The notes under the pieces: model-generated
Database searches by the model: none
Told to the model about the DNA's origin: nothing
Seen by the model: the letters and a program-made list of their open reading frames with translations, nothing else
Shown: positions 57,401-64,000 of the stretch, piece by piece
How the letters are laid out: every line of letters begins with the position of its first letter
Position numbering within the stretch: position 1 is the first letter of the stretch
Program-made: the position numbers and the translations under genes
Source of the DNA: Owenia fusiformis
Taxonomy: Eukaryota
Direction: 5' to 3'
Assembly: GCA_903813345.2 (NCBI GenBank)
Contig: CAIIXF020000001.1
Span: 26,784,001 to 26,848,000 of the forward strand
DNA: 64,000 bases

Positions 57401-59915
57401 TTTTGGTTGTGCTGAATTTGTTTCAAAATAACATTTCTTGTATACCTTCGATAAGTGAGATAGGCATTTGAAATTAAATACAGATAGTATACTTGGCATT
57501 TAATGCAGTAAACAGTAATACAATTTATTCTTACATAATAAGTGAGTCCAGACAAAAAGTTGTTATTGTATTAGTTTAACTGGGCATAAATTACACTCAT
57601 TGGCCTTGGTTTTCTTAATTGGCTTGGATAAAATGTTGTTCTGTTTATTCAGAAAAGGAGTATAGTTCAATATACAAGTTCACATTCGTTGTAGAAATGA
57701 ATCTCATATTATTATTACAAAAATATAATAAAAAACAAGTTTCTATTAATTGCAAAAGTTAGCGTCTATGTCATGACTGAGTTTGGGTTCCGCTTCTAGG
57801 GAAAAAATATTCATCTGGAAATATCGGGTAAGCAAATATCGTATACACTCCATATTTAATCCTCCCAGTAAATAACATTGATATACAGTATACAAGTATA
57901 TATGACATCGAGGATCTGGGGTTTGGGTAATGTGAGACATGAGGCCACTTGTCTTTTTGAATCTCATATTCAATATTCTTCCTTTAAACCCTCATATTTA
58001 ATATTTTTGGAGTGGTAATTCAATTATGTACATATTCTTTATCCCATAGTTGAACTCTGTTCTGCTCTGTTAGGTAACATGAAAACATATTTATGATATT
58101 TTGCAAATGCGTGGAAAAAGTGATATCTGTGGAATACGGAAAATATTTCACAGATATCACCTTTTGGCAGGGATTTGAAAACTACCACCAATATGGTGTG
58201 TTTTGTTAAATAGTGATTTCATGACATCACGGGGATGAATGAATGAATGGATGTTGTTTTGATATGCTTTGTTTAGTCTTAGAGGTGAACTATGGGAAAA
58301 ATAGAACATCCTATGAATTTTCGTGATATTGTGTTAATCCAACTCATTGATATCAATATCTGCGCTTATTCGCTATGCTAACTTGGCAAGATATTGATAT
58401 CACCTCGGAGATAAAGATGAAATCATTTAAAATCATATGATATCCTATACATATCCTTTACTGTGCCAGAACTTTCTTGTATGTTATATATTTTGGCACA
58501 GGCCATCATTTATTTTCCTTGAATCATGCTTTTGTTCCTCGTTTTAGAAATGAGAGGAAATTTTTGATTTTCCTTGTATTTAAGTTGCTTAAATGTTGCC
58601 CTGTGATAATTGATAAAATTCAATAGTAATCCATTACATTCACAGTTGAAATGTACCCATTCCTAGCCCAGAACCTACCAAAATAGCATTTGCATTTTGT
58701 CAATATTGCCCTTTGTGCTTTTCCATGAAAGTAATTTTAATCGTATCTTTTCTTCAGTATTTCATATATTACATTTTAATATATTTAAATTGGTTAATAT
58801 TTATATACTATTTACTTAGACAACAATAAATAAAGATTTTTTTGTAAAAACACCAAAAATGGTATATGATCTTTAAATGACTGTTGTGTGAACATCAAAG
58901 GTCAAAATTCGCTGAAATTGTATTTTTATAAAGCACAAATGATTTTTCTTCAATGTGATATGCATTATTATCATATATCTTTGGGGGCTAAAAAGGGCCC
59001 TTAATGACACCCGTCCTTTAATTCCCAAAGTTTTAATTGAAAAAAAACATGAATAAATGTGTTTCTGTAAAAATCTGGTGAGGCAGTTGCCTCACTTGCC
59101 TCATGCTTGGCTTTGCACATGAGTACAAACTATATGTGGGTGTATATTTTGATTTGATCATTTTATATTATATCAATTAGGATATTGGGTGAATGAAATT
59201 AAATCTTACATTACCTTATATGGTATATGAACAGCTTTGACGACTTTTGATTTGCGAACATCGAACATGCACAGCATGCCTGTTCTGTTACTGGTCTCCA
59301 GCCCAATTAACAATGCAGCACCCTTATTGAACTCTGATACACACGTAATACTGGTATTGCAATCCTTCAGTGCAGCTCCAAACATCCACGCTGCGATCCT
59401 AGCACCATTTCTCGAATTAATAATTTCCAATGCTGGGCCACGGGCAACCCAGCTAAATCTTCCTCCTGTAAAAGTAAATGTATATTTTGAAACATTCTAG
59501 CTTTACATGGAATATGAAGCTTTCCTTCCTTTTATAAGTTGTACAGGTTAACCAAAAGAGTGCTTCTCTGAATAGATTTTGTATACAGTAAAACCTGTTT
59601 AAGTGGAACACATACAGTATCTCTTAAGTGTTCCACTTGGGAGGTTTTCCACTTATAAATGTCCATTCAACATTTAGTCAGTTGGTCTTGGTATTCTGAA
59701 AAGTATTCCACTAACAGAGGTGTTACACTTCTAGAGGTATTCCACTTTACACGTATCATTGTATTTCAATCTCAAGAAATTATACCTTCATGTGTTTGTC
59801 CAAAGATGCAAGTGTCTTGCTGTGTAATGTCACTACTTCTCTCTAGACTTTCTAAAGTAGCCGCAGAGTATGGCAGCAGCTGTCCTGTATAGCTTGGCTG
59901 CTGCTCTTGCTTCAT
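18423..59915 (-). CDS. AHCTF1: ELYS / AT-hook containing transcription factor 1 (nucleoporin, MEL-28 homologue), about 36 coding exons
   Basis: ELYS-like motifs GPALEIINSRNGARIAAWMFG, FAYQEPENDPR, FDLNRWYQSQMP, GLYPPPNLH, WQQVRVIKAFLYQGHHQKALRFI and LIMHYLQRSRYVDAIRLN, plus a C-terminal AT-hook RRGRPPK. Exons read by eye: 59786-59915, 59215-59465, 56571-56700, 56127-56270, 55752-55823, 55223-55331, 54828-54953, 54355-54439, 53942-54098, 53622-53760, 53250-53340, 52935-53028, 52230-52508, 51911-52000, 51352-51492, 50867-51065, 50492-50612, 49815-49938, 49436-49537, 48060-48250, 47681-47775, 47016-47197, 27603-27750, 27235-27382, 26865-26945, 25637-25765, 25176-25375, 24686-24968, 24081-24304, 22615-23669, 22381-22476, 21963-22125, 20452-21387, 19620-19676, 19068-19281, 18423-18606. 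Confidence 0.93.
19817..19989. mobile_element. Short hAT-like MITE (copy 1)
   Basis: TIR CAGGGGGTTTCATTAG ... CTAGTGAAACCCCCG; an inverted related copy lies at 54631-54781. Confidence 0.65.
20660..21340 (-). repeat. Coding tandem repeat in ELYS (63/69-bp units, RSLRSGRRTPSRDVTPE)
   Basis: Six near-perfect and several degenerate units within ORF 20414..21502. Confidence 0.92.
25847..26792. repeat. 79-bp minisatellite, about 12 nearly identical copies, in an ELYS intron
   Basis: Unit CTTGCTGGTTCACTATCACTTTTGAAATAATATGAATGCAAATTGAAATCAAAGAGTACAATACTTCAGATTCCAATAT repeats every 79 bp. Confidence 0.95.
29195..29980 (+). repeat. 5' LTR
   Basis: TGTTAC...GTAACA; matches the 3' LTR at a constant 6108-bp offset; contains CCAAT and TATATAA. 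Confidence 0.96.
29986..30002 (+). other. Primer binding site for tRNA-Pro
   Basis: TGGGGGCTCGTCCGGGA, matching the classical tRNA-Pro PBS (as in MLV), 5 nt after the 5' LTR. Confidence 0.9.
30093..35015 (+). CDS. Gag-Pol polyprotein (Gag/SCAN-like, CCHC knuckle, protease, integrase, RT, RNase H)
   Basis: CNYCKKPGHLISEC knuckle; LRDTGAS protease; HHCC zinc motif plus DCVGP / SDQGSNF / ERYHQTLK integrase; MPFGMKNAPATFQ and YIDD RT; VDAS...TDH...NLIADTLSR RNase H. Confidence 0.97.
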   Translation: MSFEVETFLEAPSLEEFDKLKKTDLLALAKHVGLAVKTSYRKGTIKNLLVQYLVAEEILPEEALKLSMEPAQHVEPVDPIRLKELELREKELEMQNEREKRETRLREQEIQKEKEIELKRLEIEAKSKTDEHATMHQHFENRFDASKFLKFVPKFQEKNVDKYFTHFEKVAQSLDWPKSAWPVMLQSVFIGKASEIFASLSGEVCSDYDLVKNAILKAYELVPEAYRQKFRNAHKQSDQTHVEFAREQEQLFDRWLVSKDVSEEFKKLRELMLIEQFKNCVQYHIRTYLDEHKVETLSQAATLSDDYALTHKGSFIKGNPNFRGYQGNKPSYDSKSNQSSSSNTSNKAKDQSNSSQNSSSKSDQSNSSGPKSNVTCNYCKKPGHLISECYRIKNRREMSGSAHSNGCVTVPISRKPIVWDSYTHTEKSTHSDIMEDYKPFMSEGSVSLSSDDTNSKPVKILRDTGASQTLLLEGVLPLSEESFTGTHILMQGIELGFTKVPLHRIHITSELVKGPVIVGVRPQLPVEGVALLLGNDLAGGKVSLDPIVSDQPCSIEDSVQEDSDIYPACAVTRAMAKRLANSGDSSVGDDFDSGFLSSLFDDECHSPLVKDDPYPILKTNSSLKQPSVQAKQSSIKANSSLKKPIARGDSPSEQDHYFNAVSPALASPDEVSSSSASVHEVSSPPCSEVSSSISDSDSLKNDPHSKHMLIYEQEHDPSLIDLHKRCLTIDEADKVPVCFYKKDGILMRKWRPPEASPEDDWAIVHQIVVPKSYHKEILSLAHDSPMAGHLGVTKTYHKILNHFYWPKLKQDVQEYCRSCHTCQMVGKPNQKIPTAPLHPIPAFDEPFSKVLIDCVGPLPKTKSGNQYLLTILCMATRFPEAIPLRNIKAKNIVKSLIKFFTLVGLPKDLQSDQGSNFMSGLFQQVMDTLGIKQCKSSAYHPESQGALERYHQTLKTMIRAFCFEYEKDWDEGIPLLLFATREAKQESLGFSPFELVFGHSVRGPLKLLKEKWLSETEKFNLLNYVTGFKERLSKACEIAKENLLNSQDKMKTWYDRKVKERSFQPGDKVLILLPLQTNPLQAKFYGPYVVDSKVNDLNYIVKTPDRRKETQLCHINMMKRYFEPDKEHGSIKPVVTLAPVLITETDLQDSNDINCTDLDYEDIKGLSRLKNSEVLSNLDHKLHHVTNDQKQQVTELIHEFTDIFSDVPTKTSIAYHDVEVQDVNPIKQHAYRVNPSKSEDLRAEVNYMLENDIIEKSNSPWSSPAFIVPKSNGGRRLVVNYIKVNRVTKTDSYPIPRIDDCIDKIGTAKYVSKFDLLKGFLGVPLTERAKQVSAFVTPDGLYQFKVMPFGMKNAPATFQRMMNGLLADLKNTGVYIDDVIVYSNTFDEHMCLLRKLFERISLANLTINLAKSEFCKATVEYLGHVVGQGQVKPVSAKVESITQLPAPTNKKELMRSLGMAGFYRKFCPNFSSIALPLTNLLGKNIKYVWSEQCHTAFDKIKAILSEEPVLVAPDFSKPFKIQVDASDVGMGAVLLQERDGIDHPVCYYSKKFDKHQKNYSTIEKECLALLLSLQHFEVYVSAPVHVVTVFTDHNPLTFLHRMKNKNRRLLRWSLLLSEYNLDIRHIKGKDNLIADTLSRV
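35292..35302 (+). other. Polypurine tract
   Basis: AAGGAGGGAGG immediately before the 3' LTR. Confidence 0.85.
35303..36088 (+). repeat. 3' LTR
   Basis: Direct repeat of 29195-29980, followed by TSD TATG. Confidence 0.96.
37919..38002 (+). promoter_or_regulatory. Candidate promoter and first non-coding exon of the nested gene (TATA, kB-like site, splice donor)
   Basis: TATATAA at 37919, GGGACATTCC at 37957-37966 and donor AAG|GTAAGG at 38002/38003. Confidence 0.3.
39555..40641 (-). mobile_element. Internally deleted mariner-family transposon
   Basis: About 210-bp TIRs starting CGAGGGGTGATCAATAAGT, TA TSD, and a decayed transposase core LHMDNAPA...PYCPDLLTCDLF at 39978-40271 (-). Confidence 0.88.
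40648..40817. mobile_element. Small pogo/Tc1-like MITE
   Basis: CAGTAAAACCTGT...ACAGGTTTCATTG ends after TA; a related copy lies at 59586-59762. Confidence 0.6.
41018..42193 (+). CDS. Nested antisense gene, part 1: tandem CARD/death-fold domain protein
   Basis: Acceptor TTTACAG at 41001 and strong Kozak context ACCATGG. Two internally homologous ~90-aa CARD-like units (ALKACRGKLVKDLEVDDIIEILYEEEVI...LLNILESK..FNCFVDSL and ALTSCQDSLVKSLNVRSMADIWYQENVI...FLELLKMR..AFNKFVSTL). Confidence 0.8.
   Translation: MEDKQLPEVYVRALKACRGKLVKDLEVDDIIEILYEEEVIGSDDKEIISSEKLRTEKCRYLLNILESKTVFGFNCFVDSLKAYHEHLADEIESQLCDQTVYLTRSNINIAYRLACKKIHERSSTTKDSLKEIWQLANKLINLERLDEGKETKTTRFSYEDVSLSGVHIKALTSCQDSLVKSLNVRSMADIWYQENVITKEMKEDILSEQTNTRQCTKFLELLKMRSTYAFNKFVSTLKDTNDTNKTVAIELELCLWEYNLIQTKDNLALANYLVDQNKKVRSLTDFMAIKINIEKLMEQCNIQDSQQLREKLKLPKIPEFEREEVVLKRHTFPMQSTGNFTPMDQTFQPMPRDLWYKLLQEIQEAQLKRRNGKADSNDNPSSMKLNKDDVE
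42194..43645 (+). CDS. Nested gene, part 2 (same frame after the TGA): Pro-rich linker and NHL-repeat beta-propeller
   Basis: The frame is open from 42194 and includes ORF 42308..43645. NHL repeats IAVTPNNDILIADYWDNSV, FKPSSVCTDDMGHILIADMDNNRIHIL and PNTITVNHEGHLVVG. Confidence 0.8.
   Translation, partial: QTGKPDKSPVQLKSKPPIPPKPLKPTKTEERESEKISPMMMDEEQEKQLKAQVKMRNKNTDSKVLVPKIIQLETKAEEPKKQLEVMEMQEGIDEVDTAASSKQQNKNDPAIYSTVHSQMKQRVGLTELLSVAHPTCPSLEKGPEEDLTQESKNELEKEKHQLKSHNSLNLAEVKKCNAVQRSHSDSCLHVEEVKLMKTKMKAAKILERKGRLKNTCQLIQRIIVKDLSDVKTIEYLENKDILIMGRRHKKWLSGSTAIAVIFDQNWDLKTKLVEKQVKDVASNKDVIVVSCEDEGSNLLKIFDITGQLKRSLPTPLYAANCIVFNHLNELVIKAEGHNNKAIYHMDMSLMRIRSATPTGMFTSQVGTIAVTPNNDILIADYWDNSVKCRDRNGKLLYEYNGEQNQDLFKPSSVCTDDMGHILIADMDNNRIHILSPEHQFIKLISVDALEVPNTITVNHEGHLVVGTSPTSGPAEVFIVKYKE
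43675..44225. mobile_element. hAT-type non-autonomous element in the 3' UTR region of the nested gene
   Basis: TIR TAGAGCTGGCATC ... GATGCCAGCTCTA with a perfect 8-bp TSD GTAATATA. Confidence 0.88.
45528..46358. mobile_element. Palindromic non-autonomous DNA transposon, Transib/RAG-type ends (copy 2)
   Basis: Same element as 11099-11927; CACAGGC...GCCTGTG ends and 5-bp TSD ACTAT. Confidence 0.87.
48580..49360 (+). mobile_element. Helentron-associated (HINE/pearl-like) non-autonomous element
   Basis: Subterminal motif ATCCCAACGAAC, (GACG/GACT)n microsatellite at 49268-49318, and 3' hairpin TATCCCTAACGAACTTCGTTCGTTGGGATA. Confidence 0.72.
54631..54781. mobile_element. Short hAT-like MITE (copy 2)
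   Basis: CAGGGGTTTCACTAG ... GGTAATGAAACCCATG with TGAAGATT repeated at the flanks; inverted relative to 19817-19989. Confidence 0.65.
59586..59762. mobile_element. Small pogo/Tc1-like MITE
   Basis: CAGTAAAACCTGTTTAAGTGGAACAC start, similar to 40648-40817. Confidence 0.55.
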
Positions 59916-60541
59916 TTTAAGTCTAAAACAAACAAAAAAATATATTGTTTAGTTTTAAGAGTGAAAAATAATTATTCCATGTCTTCATAAGACAATGAAA
60001 GGAATTTGTCATTGTTGCTTAAATTGGGGATCTAATGGTGTTTCAAAATTTCTTGGTTCAGTTCAGTTTTTGAAGTAGCGTTTCTACTTCAGTTCTCAAC
60101 TTAAATGTAATAATCGGATAGCTAGAACAGACAATTCATTCAGCATGTGAGTGGCACAGAAATACTTTTATTTAGCAAATTTCATTTTTCATATACCTTC
60201 TCATTAGTATGACTCAATTCTCCACGATAGGTATATTATCATCATTAAGTATATAAAATAGCCCTACCATTAGGCTTTATAAGACCATAGAGCACTATAA
60301 TCCTTCCAAAATCTTAACTCGCGATTTTATTCAAATGTCATTTTAGCGAACGGAAATATTCTGCTTATAAAACATTCACAAATGGCAATATTTTTCTGAA
60401 CTAAGGTTATATAAAAACACAAAATGCAATTCATTGAAGTGTCACTCAAGCATGTACATCTGACATCAAATAGGATTTTGATGTCGACGCTCTTGATTGA
60501 CGGTTATATCTATATTGTCAAGTCTAGCGATATTCCACTAA

Positions 60542-62050
60542 GGCCAAACAAAAATATATGTCTGTTTCCTGCTCCATGCATTTTCAGATTAGGGTAGGTA
60601 GGTAGGAGGATTATTTTATTTTTCATTAAAATTTTACTCAATTTTTTTTAGGGTAGGTCAGTCAGAAAAAATATTTTATCTTATGTTTTTTGTCATCTCT
60701 TCGTTTTGTCATTTGCTCTTAACTGCCATGAGACCTTAATTCATCATGCAATCTATAATCATTTGATCCATACTTACTTAAAACCTTCAGATATTGAACT
60801 AAATAAACAACTTGGTCAGGGTTCGAACTTTACTTTCTCGCCTGGTATTGAAAATTGTTACATGAGATTTTTTATAGGTAACTAAATACCAAAGTAAGGT
60901 AGTTGTTATTATCGCTTGAAATTGTTATTATCGCGATAAAACAAAGTTTTCCTTGACACTAGGCCTATATAATAATAAACAAGTCTATTGATCTATTATC
61001 AATTTTATTCCACCATAACATTCGAAACTTCTGGATAAAGGCCTTCATGGACATCAAATATCAGTATATTTAGCACTGGATCAACAGAGGTTACAAAGTT
61101 GTCATCATATTAATATATGCCTCAAAAATATAATTTTTCTGACTCAAAAATAAACAGAATCAGCTTTAGAAGACCTTGGAAGAATATTTTTAATTCAAAC
61201 AATTCAGAGAAAACTTGTCTCTGTGAGAACAAAACATTTTCATCTGGTACATTGGAATTCCCTCTCCCAGAGTATCATTGATGCCACGTCAGTTTCCCAC
61301 TTCAAAACCCTCCTGGACAAGGCATGGTACTCAGATCTTTATAAATAGCCACTAGTGAGCAATAATCAGTTCCCTACCCTAAATTCAGTTTTAATTTTAA
61401 TAGATCAGATGGGAGAACATTAGGGTATAAAGCCTCCAACCCTCCTAAACTTGATGATGATGATAAGTCATGTGATCAAACTATAATAGACCAATCATGT
61501 GGTATAAACATTCAAATTCAAATTTCCCACGATAAACATTCCTAAGTGAAAGGTCAGGCTGATTTATGCAAATAGCTGTTGTGTTTTCGGGTTTCCCTCC
61601 CCAAGATTTTATTTTTCTTATTTCAAATCTGCATGGTAAAATGGGAATTGCAAATTTTATTGAAGGGAGTGAAACCCGAAACCAAGTTAGTACTTAGTGT
61701 TATAGATGTCTCCCTAGCAATTGCTAGACCCCTCTAGGAGTTGATTGCGGGCCCCTATTTTGAAGAGCAAAAATGGCGAACTTTTCAAGAAAATAAACAA
61801 TATTTCCTGTGTTTCAAGTGTTTTGGGGGCCCTAACGATAATATTACTGCAAATGTTCCAGGGTATGAGAAATATGGACATCTGGGCCTGATGTGAGTAG
61901 AACATTTCAGAAGGAAATGTATTGTTTCAATCAAGTAGGGCCAGAGATAGAATATTTTATTTTTCATTGTACTAAAAAATGTCTTAGGGTCGGGGGTTCA
62001 AACTAGGGTCGGTCGGGGTTCCGGAAACGGACATATATTTTTGTTTGGCC
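60542..62050. mobile_element. PIF/Harbinger-type non-autonomous element
   Basis: TIR GGCCAAACAAAAATATATGTC ... GACATATATTTTTGTTTGGCC, TAA TSD, and subterminal GGGTAGGTAGG / GGGTCGGTCGGG motifs. Confidence 0.82.
61190..61465 (+). mobile_element. 3' fragment of a CR1/L2-like LINE nested in the Harbinger element
   Basis: Translates ...WNSLSQSIIDATSVSHFKTLLDKAW, like the C-terminus of CR1/L2 ORF2, followed by a (GAT)n tail. Confidence 0.6.
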
Positions 62051-64000
62051 TAAATATTGAAAGATCTGTCTGAATTTTAGAGTTTTAATAAGTAATACGA
62101 TGAACAGTGGTCATTCTCAGTTGTATGTTATATATTATTTACCTCGGAAGTAAGAAATCGGAAAATGGAAATTCCACTTCTATTAAGTAAGTGTAGAAGT
62201 TACTCCGTCTCTTATGTCGACATTACCCATAGATACTAGTATTCCATAATTCCGCGGTGTGGACGGAATTTGACAAAACTTCAATTTTTTGCAGAATCCC
62301 TGATTTTCATGAAAATCCCGCGGAATTACCAGAATTTCGAGAAATTACATATTTTACGATCTCCTACCTTTGCGGGGTATTTGAAGAGTGTCTGTTTATG
62401 TCCAACAATCAATCATTATTGAGTACAAGTACGATTTCACCGTGAAATTCAACATTCTATCACGTTTAAATTCGCTAAAGCGAGTTCGCTAATGACGCAC
62501 AGTTCTTACCTAGAAAGTAGCTGACTTTCGTTTCCGTTTTAAAAGATTGCAGAATTTGGACTTTTTTTGAAAATTTGTGCAGAATTTCGATTTTCTCCTT
62601 GCAGAATTTTCTTTTTTTCTTGCAGAATTTTTTGCAGAATTTTGATTTTTTTCATGCAGAAAACTAGTATCTGTGATTACCCCACACGTCCACGTTACAC
62701 CCCTTGGCCCTAGAATAAGTGTTTTATCTTTAGGTATGAGGTTCAATATCCATCCGCCAAAAGGTATGACCCCTATATAGTCCATTTAAAAACTTGTGGT
62801 TTTGTTCTAAATAATGCCATAGTTGGCTTCTAGGGTACCTAGTATGCCACTCTTTGGTATCAAAATAAAGAGGAGTTCAACTTTCATTTGAATTACGAAA
62901 ATAGCGATGTAGGTCAAAAATAGTTCCAACGTGAGCATGTTTACTACGCGTTTGCCCGTCATCTCAGGATTGAGGAAATGGTAGCAAACGCGAGTTACAA
63001 TAAATGGACACTGATATCTCAAAAAGTAACCTGACTCCTTATAATTTGATGTAGATCAATCGAACCCCTATATGAACAGGTACATTTTGATATATAACAC
63101 TATGGGGGTAAGCATTTTATAGTTGATCAGGAACGCCATATGTGCAAAGTATTGTTCTGAATTTTCGAATTTGGTGTTGGATTACGGTACTCATACCTTT
63201 ATGCCTCAAAATTTGGAAAGAGCAACATGTCATTCTTAGAAAAACAAACGTGCAAATTGAGAAAATGTTACACTAAGAGTATTTAAAATGTAAAAGAATT
63301 GAAAATTATCTTACAGATATCGTAATCATTTGAAATGAAAATTGTTGGTGAATTTTTCAGTTTTTTTTATAGCGTTTTCAAATAACTTAGATTTTCGTGA
63401 GTTCTGAGCATTGTTTATAAAAGATAAGATTCCAGACTAATTGCCTACATAAGTGAGACTTTATAAGATATCAAAGAAGCACTATATACTTACGATTAGT
63501 AGTGTATTTCACCAAAACAGAGAGCAAATCTTGCACGAGTTTGTAAAAATGACCGCCATTCTCCAATAGCGTAAATCTCGCGAGATTTGTTCTGGACGAA
63601 ACATTATCAGTTTTGATTGGCCAAAAGTTTGAGCAAGACCAAAGTTCAACAGAAACGAATATCGGATAAAAAAGTTGTTCTATATCATTCATGATGCTAA
63701 AATAAAGATATGCGAAAAGGATACTTGCTGCTTGATGTCGGACCGATACATTAAATATGTCAAAGTGCCCATTTGATGGTTTAAAGGGTAAGTAATTTTG
63801 TTATCCAGTCACAGTGTTCTTTAATATTTTGAGATGGTCTTTTGAAAGTTCTTCAACATGTTTGATTATTCCCGGGTTTTATAAATAATAAGTAGATTTA
63901 ATTGAGATAAGTGAATATCTGATAAGATAATTGTTCAGAAAATTGTTAAGTTACTTATATTTGCCATTGTTATTTTATGTAATAAAATGCTGCTGTGCAT

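Overview
AT-rich, intron-rich animal genomic DNA, most consistent with a marine invertebrate; the species cannot be determined from the sequence. Three protein-coding genes are supportable. (1) A 5-exon aquaporin on + (5231-7513) with big brain-like helices, an AQP1-type F/H/C/R filter, and a possible alternative long-tail last exon at 16014-16459. (2) ELYS/AHCTF1 on - (about 36 coding exons, 59915 to 18423). (3) An antisense gene nested in a 19-kb ELYS intron (41018-43645) encoding tandem CARD-like domains and an NHL-type propeller in one frame broken by a single in-frame TGA. The same intron holds a full-length Gmr1-like Ty3/gypsy retrotransposon (identical-looking 786-bp LTRs, tRNA-Pro PBS, integrase before RT), inserted into a Helentron-type non-autonomous element. 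Many non-autonomous DNA elements have readable TIRs and target-site duplications (Transib/RAG-type, hAT, PIF/Harbinger, Tc1/mariner). There is also a tRNA-derived SINE, a LINE tail, a foldback-like pair of 15-bp arrays and two minisatellites. The strongest leads are the stop-interrupted CARD-CARD-NHL gene and an ELYS exon encoding an array of LANA/IL-33-like LRSGR motifs, most followed by a CDK-type site. All coordinates and similarities were read by eye without database searches.
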